Of a DNA stretch of 49,087 nucleotides, positions 1 to 13,600 are shown one piece after another. Source of the stretch: Octopus bimaculoides. Its lineage: Eukaryota. Both the position numbers and the translations under genes were made by a program. The stretch covers positions 2,644,744 through 2,693,830 of the forward strand of contig NC_068986.1 of the NCBI RefSeq assembly GCF_001194135.2, given 5' to 3'. Positions within the stretch are counted from its first letter, which is position 1. Each line of letters opens with the position of its first letter. The notes under the pieces are model-generated. The model was not told the origin of the DNA. It did not search any database and was given only the letters and a program-made list of their open reading frames with translations.

Positions 1-157
1 AGAATTTTTTTAGGGTGTGTAAAGAGGGAAAGAACCCTCATGTGCAATTTTGATGAAATTCGAATCATATGTATTCCAGTTCCTTACAGAAAATATAACA
101 GCAAAGTCTCATTTTTCAATTGCATGTAACACGGGCAACGCCGGGTATCTCTGCTAG
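1..157 (+). mobile_element. Possible Helitron-type 3' end (GC-rich segment followed by CTAG|T)
   Basis: ACGGGCAACGCCGGGTATCTCTGCTAGT: GC-rich subterminal segment, then CTAG (154-157) and T, followed by (TA)n. Family assignment is from pattern only. Confidence 0.35.
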
Positions 158-188
<31 letters not shown>

Positions 189-197
189 GATGCGTGT

Positions 198-229
<32 letters not shown>

Positions 230-233
230 TTGA

Positions 234-300
234 CCAGTCCTCAGTCAAATCGTCCAACCCATGCTAGCATGGAAAGCGGACGTTAAACGATGATGATGAT
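234..300 (-). repeat. Dispersed repeat headed by (CAT)n: CATCATCGTTTAACGTCCGCTTTCCATGCTAGCATGGGTTGGACG
   Basis: Near-identical copies at 31112-31170 (+) and 39976-40026 (-); partial copies near 15086 and 41980. Confidence 0.8.
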
Positions 301-662
301 GATATATGTATATATATATAGATGTGTGTGTGTCTGTCTGTCTGTATGCATGTATATTTATGTGTGTGTGTATGTGATAGTTGTAAATGACTACCACAGT
401 CATACAAGCAATGGTATTCACTTCCAATATTCTATGAGCACATGTGTGGCTATGAGGAAATATTGCCTTGCTTCGAAACAGTTGAGAGTTGGTGACAAGA
501 AGAGCATCTTATTATGCAGAATCTTCCTCAATAAACTCTGTCCAACCTATGCAAGCTTAAAAAAGTAGATGTTAAACAGACGATGAGGACATGTCTATCT
601 GTATTATTTCAATGTTGGCATTCAGTTAATTTTTACTTAATTCATTTCTATTTATGTTGCAG

Positions 663-3600
663 GAAAACACATCCCGAGAAACATCCTGGCATTGTTCTAA
701 CTACCGAGGAATGTGTGTGTCAAGTATGTGGAGATACAGCTTCTACCATCCATTATGGAGTACTCACTTGCCCAGACTGTGTGCTTTTCTATCGACTGAG
801 CATACAAGACAGCTTTGCTGATGGGTACCACTGCAAGCATAAAGGGCATGAAATTACAAAGAGAAACCGAGGAAAGTGTGAGTACTGTTGGTACCAGAAA
901 TGTTGCAGAGCTGGAATGACGAGTGATAAACCAGAAATTGGTGAAACTGTTACTGTGATAAAAGTAGAGAACAAACAACAGCAAATGAAAAGTGAAAAAG
1001 CAGCCAACTCATTATTGAAGATGCCATCACTACATAAACACATAAATAAAGAGACACGCAAGGCCCCAACCCCACAACAAACTACAGAGTCTCAGAAAGT
1101 TCCACCACCGAAAAAAGATCTCAACTTATGTAAAGTCTGTGGAGATCGTGCTTTCAAGAAACATTATGGCATTTTGGCCTGTCCAGAATGTGAAGTTTTC
1201 TTTAAAATGAGTATTCTTGACGATTTTTACAAGGGCTATTTTTGCAAGTTTAAAAAATGCAAGATTAATCGTTTTCGGCGAAGTAGCTGTGAGTATTGTT
1301 GGTATGAGAAATGTCTGCTTAGTGGTATGCAGAAAGAGAAAGATGGTAGTCAACTGGAAGATGATGACAGCTGCAGGGTTGTTTCATCAACACAAAAAAT
1401 GGTAAAACCCGTTTGTGGCATTAAAGTAAAAGATGAGCAAAAAGAAAGCGAAGGATCTGTAACAGCAAACAATAACAAAAAGTGTATGAAGGTCATCAGT
1501 AGCAACAAGAACAACAACAACAATATTAGTAGCAAACTTCTAAGCAATAGCAACAACAATATTGGTAGTAAATCTCTAAACAATAGCAACAACAGTAGCA
1601 GCAGTAGATGTGTCTCTTCAACAGCGTCGAAAAGTCCTGTGAAAAAAAGGAAACTTGAAAGTATGGATCCAAACCTAGCCAAACCTTCTGAACATCAGAG
1701 CGACATTAACAGCATCCCTCACAAACGCTTCAAAGGGGTTAGTCATTCAGCAAGTAGCACACAGAATACTGGTAACTCTTCAAATACACAACTTCACTCA
1801 TCTTCAAAAAGGTGTACCAGTAATACTTCTGTCTCATCATCAACTGCTTCATTCCAGTCTCTTTCTGTTTCATTTTCTTGTTCGTCATCATCATCACAGT
1901 CATCATCATTAACCTCACCATCATTGTCATCATCATCATCTGTTTTATCCTCCTCCTCATCACCATCATCAATTCTATCATCATCATCATCATCGACTTT
2001 ATCATCATTGCCATCATCATCATCATCATCGTCGTCGTCATCATCAACCTTTGTATCACAGAAACCGACCAATGCTGTGACATTGCCATCAGTTTTAAAG
2101 AGGACTGCAGCATCAACAACAGTCACATTTTCAGCCCCCACTACTATGACAGCAAAAGTTCAGCAGAAAACAGTGGCAAAGAAAATCGTGGTGCTACCGA
2201 AAAAGAAAGTCACAGACAGTAACAAAGATGGTATCAAGATTGCTTCTGGTGCTGAATCACATCACAAAACGTGTAAATTACCAATTCACGAAAGAGTTGT
2301 AGCACCGAAGGAAGAATTTGTGAGAAATACCAATGTCAGTATTCCCAGCAGAAATGATAACAGTAGCGTTAGTAGTAGTAGTAGTAGTAATACTGGTTTA
2401 AACAGTAACAGCAGCAGACTGAAGAAATCTACTATTTCAACAGCTGTCGGCTCCTGCAATAAAGCGCCTGATGTAAATGCAGTGAATAGTAGCAAATTGA
2501 CTGATTCCGGTGCCACATCTGACAAATGTAAGCATGAAGACTTGTTGAAATCTACTGAGAGTGGTACGTGTAGAACTACTACTACTACTAACAACAACAC
2601 CACCAAGACTTTCATTGATCCTTCTCATTTTACACAAAATCTGAACATTTGCGCTGTGTGTGGTGATCAGGCTTCTGTTGTTAATTACGGAGTGCTTACT
2701 TGTCCAGATTGCCGCATCTTTTTCCAGATGTGCATACAAGATGGTTTTGCTGCTGGTTTCAGCTGTTCAAAACGACGAAATTGCTCAGTTACAAAAACAA
2801 ACCGGGAAAACTGTGAATTTTGTTGGTACAAGAAATGCCTTGCGGTTGGAATGCAGGCTGACCAAATATCAAAAATGACACCGACTTGTGATCGTTTTAC
2901 TTTTGCCTTGACGCCAACCTGTGATCGTTTTACATTTTCCTTACCTCTAACACCAATATCATCTGCACAGTTAACAACTGCCATTAGTAATACCACGAGC
3001 ACAAATACAACATCTGTACACATGGTCAGCTCTTTGGATCAAGTTAAAAATCCTGGAAATACACTATATTCTTCAGTGATAACTCCACTCATTCAAAATG
3101 AAGAATTGTGCATTGTCTGTAGTGCACCTTTTGCTGAGATCTATTGTGGTGCTAAAGTTTGTACTGATTGTAAGGCCTTCTGCAAAGAAAATGTTGATTC
3201 AAAGATATGCTCTAAGTATGTCTGTGAGCAGACTCAAAGCTGTTCTATTATCAATAGTGATTTGCTGCCAAAAAATCGGTGCAGCTATTGTTGGTATGAG
3301 AAGTGTGTAGAATGTGGTTTGCTCAGTAAAGAAACAATTGTTTTGAGAAATTCGTCCAGTTTGGAGACCCAGGCATCAAAAAATCAAATCCCTGATCCTG
3401 TTTTGGATAATCTAGTTTTCAGAGAATCAGTGGACATATACAGCGCTGTTTTGGACAATATACTTCAAGATAAAACAAGTCCATCTCATGTGGACAGTGA
3501 AATTCTTGAACCATACTTTGGGGACAATACTTCAGACAACCAGATTTGTGAACTACCAAGTTTGATGGAAAGTATGTTTGAATCTCTAACTAAATCATCT

Positions 3601-6600
3601 GAAGAAATAGAATTGATCCAGAAGAAATTTGAACGTCTAAAAATGGAAAAAGAACGTGTTAGTGCTTTAAAGAAACAAAACCAGCAACAGCAGCAGTCTG
3701 TGATGTCACCTGATACAATGAAAGAGTGTCCGTCAAAAGCTACCAGGCGTGTACTCCTTAACAGTAACGATAATCAGACAAAGGAAAGTGGTTTGTTACT
3801 AAAAGACAGTCATCTTAAGCAGACCAATGAAACCAGTAATTTTCCACCCTCCTCTTTGACTTCCAAAAATACCAGAATTGATTCCAACTCCGAGCACTCA
3901 AATCAAAATCGGGATCCATCGCTTTTTAGTTTGGATTGGGAAACAAAGTCTAATGAAAAACGTAACAACCCTGTGAAAGACAGTTTTACTTCAATTGCAA
4001 TGAATGATCGTTTGATGGTAAAAGTAACTAACGAAGTTCCACAGAACATTTTTGACAGCTCAGATGATATGACACCAGTTTCTGAATCTCTGCCATTTGT
4101 GTCATCAGCAGCTGGAGAAAAACAGGTGAAGAAAGTGGTTTTCAAATCAATCGTAGATCGAAGTGAAGACCAGGATGTGTCAGAAAAAGTCTCTGATATG
4201 GACAGATGTAATTTTGAGCATGGGGAGCGGGAAACTGCTCAGCAAAAATTAAATGAGCTTCAAATGAAGAAAGATAATGTGGAAGAGAAGCTTCTAATGC
4301 TCCAGAGAAGCATTGAGAAAGAACGGAAAAAACTTCTTAGTCTTCAGAAAGAAAGGAAGCGAGGAGTCAAAATTTGTGATAAGTCTCTGGAATCTTCAAA
4401 TGCATTGTCTTTAGATGCCAAAATGCCACAACTAGAACCTGAACCACAGCTTATATTGGAATCTTCAAATATTGATTTTGTTAAACAGAAACAGTCTGAA
4501 ACAAATGATTTTGCTATGATTGAGGATGGTGGCTCAGTTGTAACTGCTACTCATTCTGAAGAAACAGATTCTGAGAAGTTATGTAGAGTCTGTGGAGATA
4601 GAGCTCCAGGAGTCCTCTATGGAGTGTGGACATGTCTGAAATGTAGTGTCTTCTTCCGCCAGAGTCTAGACAAGCAAATTTCCAGTCAGTATGTGTGCCG
4701 AGATGGCAACTGTTATGTTGACAAAATAAATAGAGGTGTTTGTAGATATTGCTGGTACCAAAAATGTTTGGCTGTTGGAATGTCAAAACAAGAGAAACGA
4801 ATCGTTCCAGTTCAACCACCAACACCTACTCCCAAAGCTGGTCAACAGGATCCAAACAGAAATGAAAAGTCCCATGACAATAGTGATCACCATCAGATTA
4901 ATGAAAATGAAATGGGAATTATGCAGAATGTATTCCCTAATGATAAAAGTCCTTTAAATAAAGACCTTTCTGAGGAAATGAGTGAAGAAATACATGAAGA
5001 GATTGGTAATGTGGAGGTTTGTGATGTTCCTGATTTCAAGTCAGTGTCCAAAAGTAATAAAAACTGTTCAAGAACATTTTTGGATTTGAAAATTTCGCAG
5101 CCATCTTCAGGTGAACCAACAACCACAACATCTTCTTTGGCCCCAGAATCTTCAAATACAGAATTTGTAGATAATAACAATCAAATTAGTGATTCTGGAT
5201 GCTCTGTTGATATGAGTGAGTCGTTTCCTTCTCAAAAACCTAGCTGTGATTCCAATAATTCATCGATGTCCACTGCCATGGATACTAGTTTATGTAACGA
5301 AGATGTTACTGTAACAACGGAGAGAAAAGATCAAAGTGACGGTTCTCTTCTGTATGTCAGCAACGTGGATAAAAGCACTGCTTTGAATTCAAATTCTGAA
5401 AGCATTCCTCTAGTTGCATCAAATGATATCACAACTGAAATTCCAGTTGCAAATGCAAAAACTTCTTTGCCAGAGTCTGACCAGGGTTTGGGATTACGAG
5501 AAGCACCAACGTTCCGGAGAATCTTACCTGAAAGCCTTAGTACATCAGTGGATCCCTCCGTAGTTACTGAAGTCATTCCTGAACCTTTATGGAATTCTGT
5601 AGACACTGAGATTGTTCAAAAGAAGTCTGGGGATTCTGTTGATGATGGTGAAAGCAGTGCTGATAGAGTGACACCCGTAGAAATTATTGATTCAACTGGA
5701 GCAATACAGTCTGAGGAAAATGTGGATCATACTATTCTTGAGACATTGCGAAATTTTACCGATAAATCTGTTATTACAGAAATTATTCCAAGTTCTTCAA
5801 GAAATTCTGTAAATTCTTCAGTTTTGGTTGATATGATCCAAAACTCCAACTGTTGTTCACCTGAGGCTCCTGTTGGCAAAGAAATCATTCCTGGAGCACT
5901 GTCTCATTTCATTGATAAACAGTCTCTTAATCCTATAGCAGTGCCAGACCCTTCAGAGACCAGTTCTGAATTTGCTGGAAATTCTGATAATGAAGATTCT
6001 GTTTCAGATAGTAACCATCCTAAAGAAACTGGAACTGACTACTCCAGGATGACAACCAACCCAAATATTTCTTACAGGTCACGAGCTCCAACAGAGAAAG
6101 CATCTTTCACTTTGCTGAAAAGAACAGCTCATATGTCAAGGCAGAAGACAAGCAGAGCTGTTGGTGTACCATCTCTGTCTTTACGTTATATGATTAAATG
6201 TTGTTCTCCAAAACATATTGCAAATCAAATGCACAGTCGAATCAAAAAGTCAGTTCAAATGATTGGAAAGGCTAAGAAAAAATCTTCACTTTCAAAAAAT
6301 GCACTTCCTAGCTCATCGCATCAAGCTGCACTGAAAGAATATGAGTTTGTTGATGATAATCTTAATGATGATAATGATGATAATGATGATAATGATGACG
6401 GTCATTTGCAACATTCTTTGCCTAAATCACAGAAAACATACAGTACTGTGAAATTGTCTAAAAAAATGGCCAAGCAAAAAGTAAATTCAAAGACTTCCTT
6501 GAAAAAGAATTTGACATCACCTTCTATGCAGAAACAAAATCGTCATCCCCAAAACAATACTTCAAAGTCTATTTCTACTGTTGCCAAATCTACTTTCAAA

Positions 6601-9455
6601 ATCCCCCTAAGAAATAAAGATGTAGATTTGGAAACAACGCCAGCCAAGCCACTGCGTAAACGAGGCCGTCCACGAAAGATAAAATCAACACTACTCAGCA
6701 CTGAAGTAGCACCAACCTGCAAACAAGATTCTCTCTGTAAAGAAAACAGTAAACAGCCATCTTCTGTGTCAGAGAACGCCACTGGAATTTCGTCTGTCCC
6801 TTCTGTTGCTATAGTTGCAGAATTCAGTGAGAGAAATAAAGTCCGAAATAGAGAAGATAGTAGCATGGCTGAAAGCAGAGTTGGAAACAAAACTGATACT
6901 ATTTTCATTGGGACTAGCTTGTGTAGTGTTTGTGGAGATGTGTCTCATGGATTTCATTACGGTATTATTTCATGTTCAAGCTGCCGTAGTTTCTTTGCAC
7001 AGAGCACTGATTCCAAAATTGGCTGTAAATATGAAGTATGCAATAAATCATGCATAATCAACAGTGTAACACGCCGATTCTGTCGATATTGTTGGCTACA
7101 GAAGTGTCTACAGGCAGGAATGATGAAAGGCACCACTAAACGAGGACGGCCACCAAAACTTAGACCCCAAACTAACGAAGCTGAAACTGTTAGCAAACAG
7201 AAGGATTTGACTAGTGAAAAGGAAGTTTCTATTCCTGAGGCTCAGATTGGGACAAATTCAGAAACAGCACTTCGTAAAGAATCAATTCAAAATAATGAAA
7301 GCACTGTGGACAATAGTGATCCAGTCATTACTGACAATGACACCAACGCCGAAGACGATCAAGTTGATGGTATTGGTATATCATCTGATGTTATTAAAGA
7401 AGGGAACAACGGTGATGAGGAAGTAAATCTGAAAGCAAAGCCTTCCAGTTCAACACAAACTGGAATATCAGTTGATGAAGACTCTAATGAAATGAACTTA
7501 GAACAAGTCTCTAATAGATCTTCAGTTTCTCAAGAGAAGATGCTATGTGAGACGAGTTCAGAGAAGATAGTCAGTGAGCAATCCTCTATTGTTTGCATTG
7601 ATTTGGATAGTAATTTAAACAGCACTGGCACAGCTAATCTCACTGAAACCGAACCAATGGCTGTTGATAATGATTCTGATTCACCTTTAATTATTGAAAG
7701 TGTTCCACACCAGAGTGACAACAACAAAAGCGATGTCGGTAATTCCCAGAATCCAAACTCCACCAGCAGTCAAGAATGTTTCTGTAAGGTATGCGGTGAC
7801 TTGGCATCAGGAATACACTTTGGCATAGAAACCTGCTGGTCATGTACTATTTTCTTTAAGCAGAGTACTGACTCACGAACAACCAAAAAATATAAGTGCC
7901 ATAACAAAAACTGTTGTGTCACACCTGATAACTACGAACGTTGTTCTTATTGTTGGTTCCAAAAGTGCTTGCTTGTTGGCATGTCAAAAATGCTAATTCC
8001 TACAAATCAAAGCCAAAATGGAACTGGTCAATTCTTGGAGAGCTATACTTCAAATACTGACCAACCCATCTCTTCAGGAATCCACCAGGTAAAGAGTGGT
8101 AAGCTGTTACCTACAATTGCAGATTCTTCAAATACTGAAAGAAGTAAAGTAGGAGGCACGTCCCTTGCATCTGTAGCAACTTCCATCAGTAGCACAAACA
8201 GCATAGTTTCTGGTGCAACTTGTACAGCTACAGATGTTGTTGCTTGCAGTGTTCCTCCTGTTGAAAGAGAAATCAGCACAGTTAGTACATTTAATCCTAG
8301 AAGTCAAACTGTATCAGTAATTACCACAACACCATTACAGACCAACGCAAACACTAATACTACCAGCACACCTAATACAGTTTCTTTGCAGCCACAGTTA
8401 TCAAATAATAAACAACCTACAAACACTGTAGATGCTGTTCAAAGTAGACTTCACACTTCACCTGTAAAATCTGTGTTAGTTGCTCCTAAGCCTGCCACCT
8501 TACAACCAGCACAGACACCAACTCATTCTGATCTGATATGCAGTGTTTGTGATGATACTGCAATTGGTGTCCGGTATGGAGTACAGACATGTCGTAATTG
8601 TTTGTGTTTCTTTCGAACTATACTAAATGGGAGAATACCTACTGAAAAGGATCATGCAGATGGCAACTGTTTTATTAATAAAGCTACTACCAACCGGTGT
8701 CGATTCTGCTGGTACCAAAAATGTCTTTCTGTTGGGATGAGTGATACTCTACAAATGAAAAAGCAGCAAACATTAATGGCTACAAACAGACTCTCAGCAC
8801 CTGAACAGGATTGCAATGCCAACAGTTCCAATGTTTGTGACAAAACTAATCCTATATCAACTCCTAGTAATAATTCAGAGATTATTAACAAGCTTTCAGG
8901 ATTATCTATGACCACATCTTCAGAAGTACAAATGCTGCCTGTTACATCAAGCAAATCGGGTTCCACTTGTCCTACAGTATCTCAGTCCAAAGACCTAAGT
9001 TCCAACATGAGGAACACGACAAATGAATCGCCATCCGTGACTACTAATCTAAGCAAAGATGTTGCTAAGTTATGTAAAGTTTGTGGAGATGTCTCGTTTG
9101 TTTCTCATTATGGCATTGCATCTTGTTTGAACTGCAGTGTCTTTTTCCGACGCAGTTTGGACAAAAGACTACATCGTGCATATAAATGCCTCAACAAGGA
9201 CTGTTTAATCAGTCGTACCAGTCGTAGTCGCTGTTATTACTGCTGGTTCCAGAAGTGCGTGGGTGTTGGTATGTCCTACAAGGTTAAGCGTAAATTACGT
9301 CATCAGAAAGAAAAGTCAAGTGATCAAGCAGAAGTTCCACAGTCCCTGTTATCAACTCCTAATCAAGATGCTGTTAGTCAAAATTCTAAGAACAGCAGCA
9401 GTGGAAACAATACCCAACCAATTTCAAGTCAGAATAAAAGTCTAGTGTCTGATGG
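663..9455 (+). CDS. Giant exon (8793 bp, phase 2-2) of the multi-DBD gene, containing DBD1-DBD9
   Basis: Acceptor tttatgttgcag|G at 662/663 and donor GG|gtaagt at 9455/9456. Stop-free for about 2930 codons. DBDs at 718-918, 1129-1329, 2650-2853, 3109-3321, 4582-4782, 6922-7122, 7783-7983, 8539-8739 and 9073-9273. Confidence 0.92.
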
Positions 9456-10063
9456 GTAAGTAATAGTTTTCTAACATCTTAAATATTTTCATACCTGTTT
9501 GGGATGACTCTTGTCTTTTGGTCAAAACTTATAATTTCTAAGGCATTCAGACTGGGAGTATAAGGCTTCTCATTGAATGGGATGCCAGACTAAGTCTAGA
9601 GTAGCTTGAATGGGAAGCGATGCTCCACCCACCATATTCGTTGGATATTGCCCCACCAGATTATCATTTATTCCGCAGTCTTCAAAATCATTTGGACGCA
9701 AAACATGAATTCTGTAGACGAGGTTAGAAGAGGTGTGGTGTTATAAAAAGAATGAAGGGAGGCAACTCTAGTTTATTGAGGTCTAAATTATAAAAAATAC
9801 ATAATATATTCAAAAATTTAGGTCCATTATATCATCAATCAATCAACTTATCAATTAGCCAACTAAATAACCAATTAATCAATCAATCAATTTATTGGTT
9901 TTGTAATGGAGTTGCATATCACTGTCTACATCCCTATATATACACATGCACATACAACACAAATATATATATATATATAAGAACCGAAACATGTTAAATA
10001 TCTCTGAGAAAATTATAAATTAAAATTCATTTTTTATATATTGGCGTTTTCAAACTTCTTTTT

Positions 10064-10101
<38 letters not shown>

Positions 10102-10648
10102 NNNNNNNNNNNNNNNNNNNNNNNNNNNNNNNNNNNNNNNNNNNNNNNNNNNNNNNNNNNNNNNNNNNNNNNNNNNNNNNNNNNNNNNNNNNNNNNNNNN
10201 NNNNNNNNNNNNNNNNNNNNNNNNNNNNNNNNNNNNNNNNNNNNNNNNNNNNNNNNNNNNNNNNNNNNNNNNNNNNNNNNNNNNNNNNNNNNNNNNNNNN
10301 NNNNNNNNNNNNNNNNNNNNNNNNNNNGGAGAATATCGTTTATATTGTGTATCACTCACTAAAAAGATGAAATTTAAAATATGTTATCTCTCTCTCTCTC
10401 TCTCTCTTTGCACCGTCGCTAGAAGGGGACTTAACTCATGTTTGCAAATGCTGGTGTATTTCTCCGACTTGAAAATTGTTAGAAGTTATGGTTTAAAATT
10501 ATTTTTAATGCAAAAATTCACCTCTTAGGAAGCAAAAAAAAAAAAATTAATAAATGGCTGATTCCGGGCATTTTCAAACATGAGGAATCCATTCGTGCGA
10601 CTCCCAGATTGCTATCTTGTAAGGTGTGGATTTCTATAGATGCAACAA

Positions 10649-10681
<33 letters not shown>

Positions 10682-13600
10682 CACACAAACTCAGCTTTAC
10701 AATATGTACTGATTACTCAGTGGGAGTGGGTAATTGTGAGGGCTTGAGGAAATTATAGGAATTAGATGGATAAAAAATTCCGTAAAAAAATATTCTTTGA
10801 TTTTTTTTCAAATTTGATTTAAATGAACAATTATATTTAATATTATACAAAATCTAGTTTTGTTGCTGTAATTATTTCTAATCATTATGCTGCTACTACT
10901 TTCACCAGCAATCATGTAGAGTATACTAGTACTTTGAGTGGACTCTGAATAGTTCATATTATGGTAATTAGGATAGTTCTGGTTAGATCCCCTGTTGTGA
11001 ATAGGAAAATAATCTGAATAATCGTAATATTGGGGAAGAATATTTAATTGGAGATCCACAGATAGTTGCTAATCATCTAAATAATTTAATTATAGTAGCA
11101 GCTGTGGAGTATGCTCATGTATCTACATCTATACCAATTGTAAATATTACTGTAATTTGAAAATGTTGGTGTATTTACAACTGGCGTAAAATGATAAGGC
11201 ACCTTTATAGCATCAGATTTCTGTATATTCTTTTTCTACATGTTATATATTGTAGTTGAGTAATAGAAATCATTAATACTTATACCTGTGTATTTTGATT
11301 GAAGAACTTTATGTAATAGACCTAACAACAGCTATGAAGCAATAAGTCCAGTTGAAGTGATAGTTGTGTTATGTAGATTTAAAAACAAATTAAATATAAG
11401 CAACTGAATATCAATTGCTGTAAAAGAGAGAGAGAGAGAGAGAGAAAATAAATGGTACAAACAGCTTAAATATATGCTGGAAGTTAGGGGTAGTTAGATA
11501 CAGTCTAAAATAACAAAATGGAGAAAATGATGAAAACTAATTATAAAAAACAGATAACTATACAGCTGTGAGCCAACATGAAGATGTTAATAAAAATGCA
11601 ATGCTTTTAATTATAATGCTTAATTTTGATTGTTGTTGAAAAAATTTTTATATTACTGTGTTAATATACTTGAATATTTTTTTATATATTTTTAGTGACC
11701 TGGACAACCTGTCTCTTGGATTCACTCGGCATAGTGGCAACATACTCTGTAAAGTGTGTGGTGATGAGGCCTCTACTGTACATGCAGGTGTACTCACATG
11801 TTTTCCTTGTCGATCTTTCTTTAAACGAAGTCTAAAGAACAGTATCAACCGGAAATATTCTTGTGATAACAAAAACTGTTCAATTACCAAGAACAACAAA
11901 AAGAGCTGTGATTATTGCCGGTATCGAAAATGTCTTGCTCTTGGAATGGCCAAAAATACTGTAAAGCATAATGTGCAGCCTTTAAAAGATAAGACTGATA
12001 GCCAAAAGATGGTTGAGTCTGCTAGCAATGTACAGATTGAATCCATTACGAGGGTAATGTATATTTTCTTTTTATTTGCGTATATTTGGACATAAAGGTA
12101 CATGGTCCAGTTGTTAGAATGTTAGGCTCGTGGTCTTTAGGGTGTGGGTTTGGTTCTTGGATTGGGCTGTGCACCGTATCCTTGAGCAAGGGTCTTCATT
12201 TCATATTGCTCCAGAGCACTCAACTGAGCATGAGTACCAGTGGCACCTGAGAATTAACCCTGCGACTGACAGATGTCCAGTTCAGAGGGGTGCAATCTTA
12301 TACACTCAGTCTAAACACCTTGGAAATCTAGATAAGCTTTATCTTCAAGAGCCGCTAAGCCTGAGGCAGATTATCTATTGTAGCCATTATATATTTGTGC
12401 TGTGTATTGGAATTAGAGGTAAAAAATTCAACCTTTTCATTGCAATTTCTGTTATTCATATAATTCAGTTTATAACATTTCCAGGTAGGAACACCTGAGA
12501 TTGTTCATTGTAACATTAGTAAGAATTGTATTAAGTGCTATAACTACACCCTTGCCTGGGTACTTTGGTGATATTGAATGGAACTAAGTTTCAGTTGTAA
12601 GTAACCACTTAATAAACTAAGAAATTGTAATTTTTTTAACAATATTATATTTTTGGCATTGCTCACTTTTTACAGAACCATTGCAAAGTCTGTGGATATG
12701 AAGCATCTGGAATTCATTATGGTGTTTTGACCTGTCACAATTGCCGAGTTTTCTTCTACAAGAGCTGTGAGCAACAAAGTTTTAAAAACTATCAATGTGC
12801 CCTGAAAAATTGTAATGTATACGGTAGTGCGCAAGTGAATTGTTCCTATTGTCGCTACCAAAAGTGTTTGAGGGTTGGCATGTCAAAGGAATTGAGCAAA
12901 CGAGGAAGACGGCGCAAACTAGATGAGAATTTGTCTAAAGAAATGCCAGAGATGAAGAAGCAGCGAACAAAGGCTAATAGCACCAATAAATCTAAAACCA
13001 AGTAAGTTTTTTGTTTGTCCATTCCATTGATCATTCAAAATTTCTATGCCACTTTTATCATCATCCCAATTGCTTTAACATCCACTTGGCTTGCAAGAGC
13101 CCTGTGCCAGTGCTTCACAAAAACCACTTGTGCTGGCGTCACGTAAAAGTACTCATACCAGTGCCACATTAAAAGCATCCAGCACACACTGTAAGGTGAT
13201 TGGCGTTTGAAAAGACATCTAGCCATAGAAACCAAGCTAAATCAGACTGGAACCAAATGCAGCCCTCTTGTTTGCCAGCTCTGGCTGAATGGCTCAGACA
13301 GTGGAAAAAATAGGCATTAAAGCAGTGTTTCCCAAACTTTTTGCATCAAATTGCAATATCGCCCACTTATTGGCCAAAAATTGCTCCATTGCCCACCTGT
13401 GTAAAAAAAACCTCTGATACGACCATACCCCTAACACTAAATCCCCTAGGAGACCCCCCCCTGTATCATTTGACACACACTATAATGGCAGACGAAGTAC
13501 CACTAAGTATTTCACCCAGCGTGCAAACGTTTCTGCCAGATCACCGCCTTGTTAATATATATAGATATGTATGTATGTGTGTGTGTGTGTGTGTGTGTGT

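Noticed and set aside
583-662. ATG at 583 as start of the 2958-aa ORF
   Set aside because: 583-662 is AT-rich and ends in a polypyrimidine tract plus AG. It reads as intron that happens to be open, so the true start is probably in an upstream exon.
1739-2222. Poly-Asp, poly-Met and poly-Ile ORFs in other frames and strands
   Set aside because: Shadows of the (TCA)n Ser-rich tract of the real exon.
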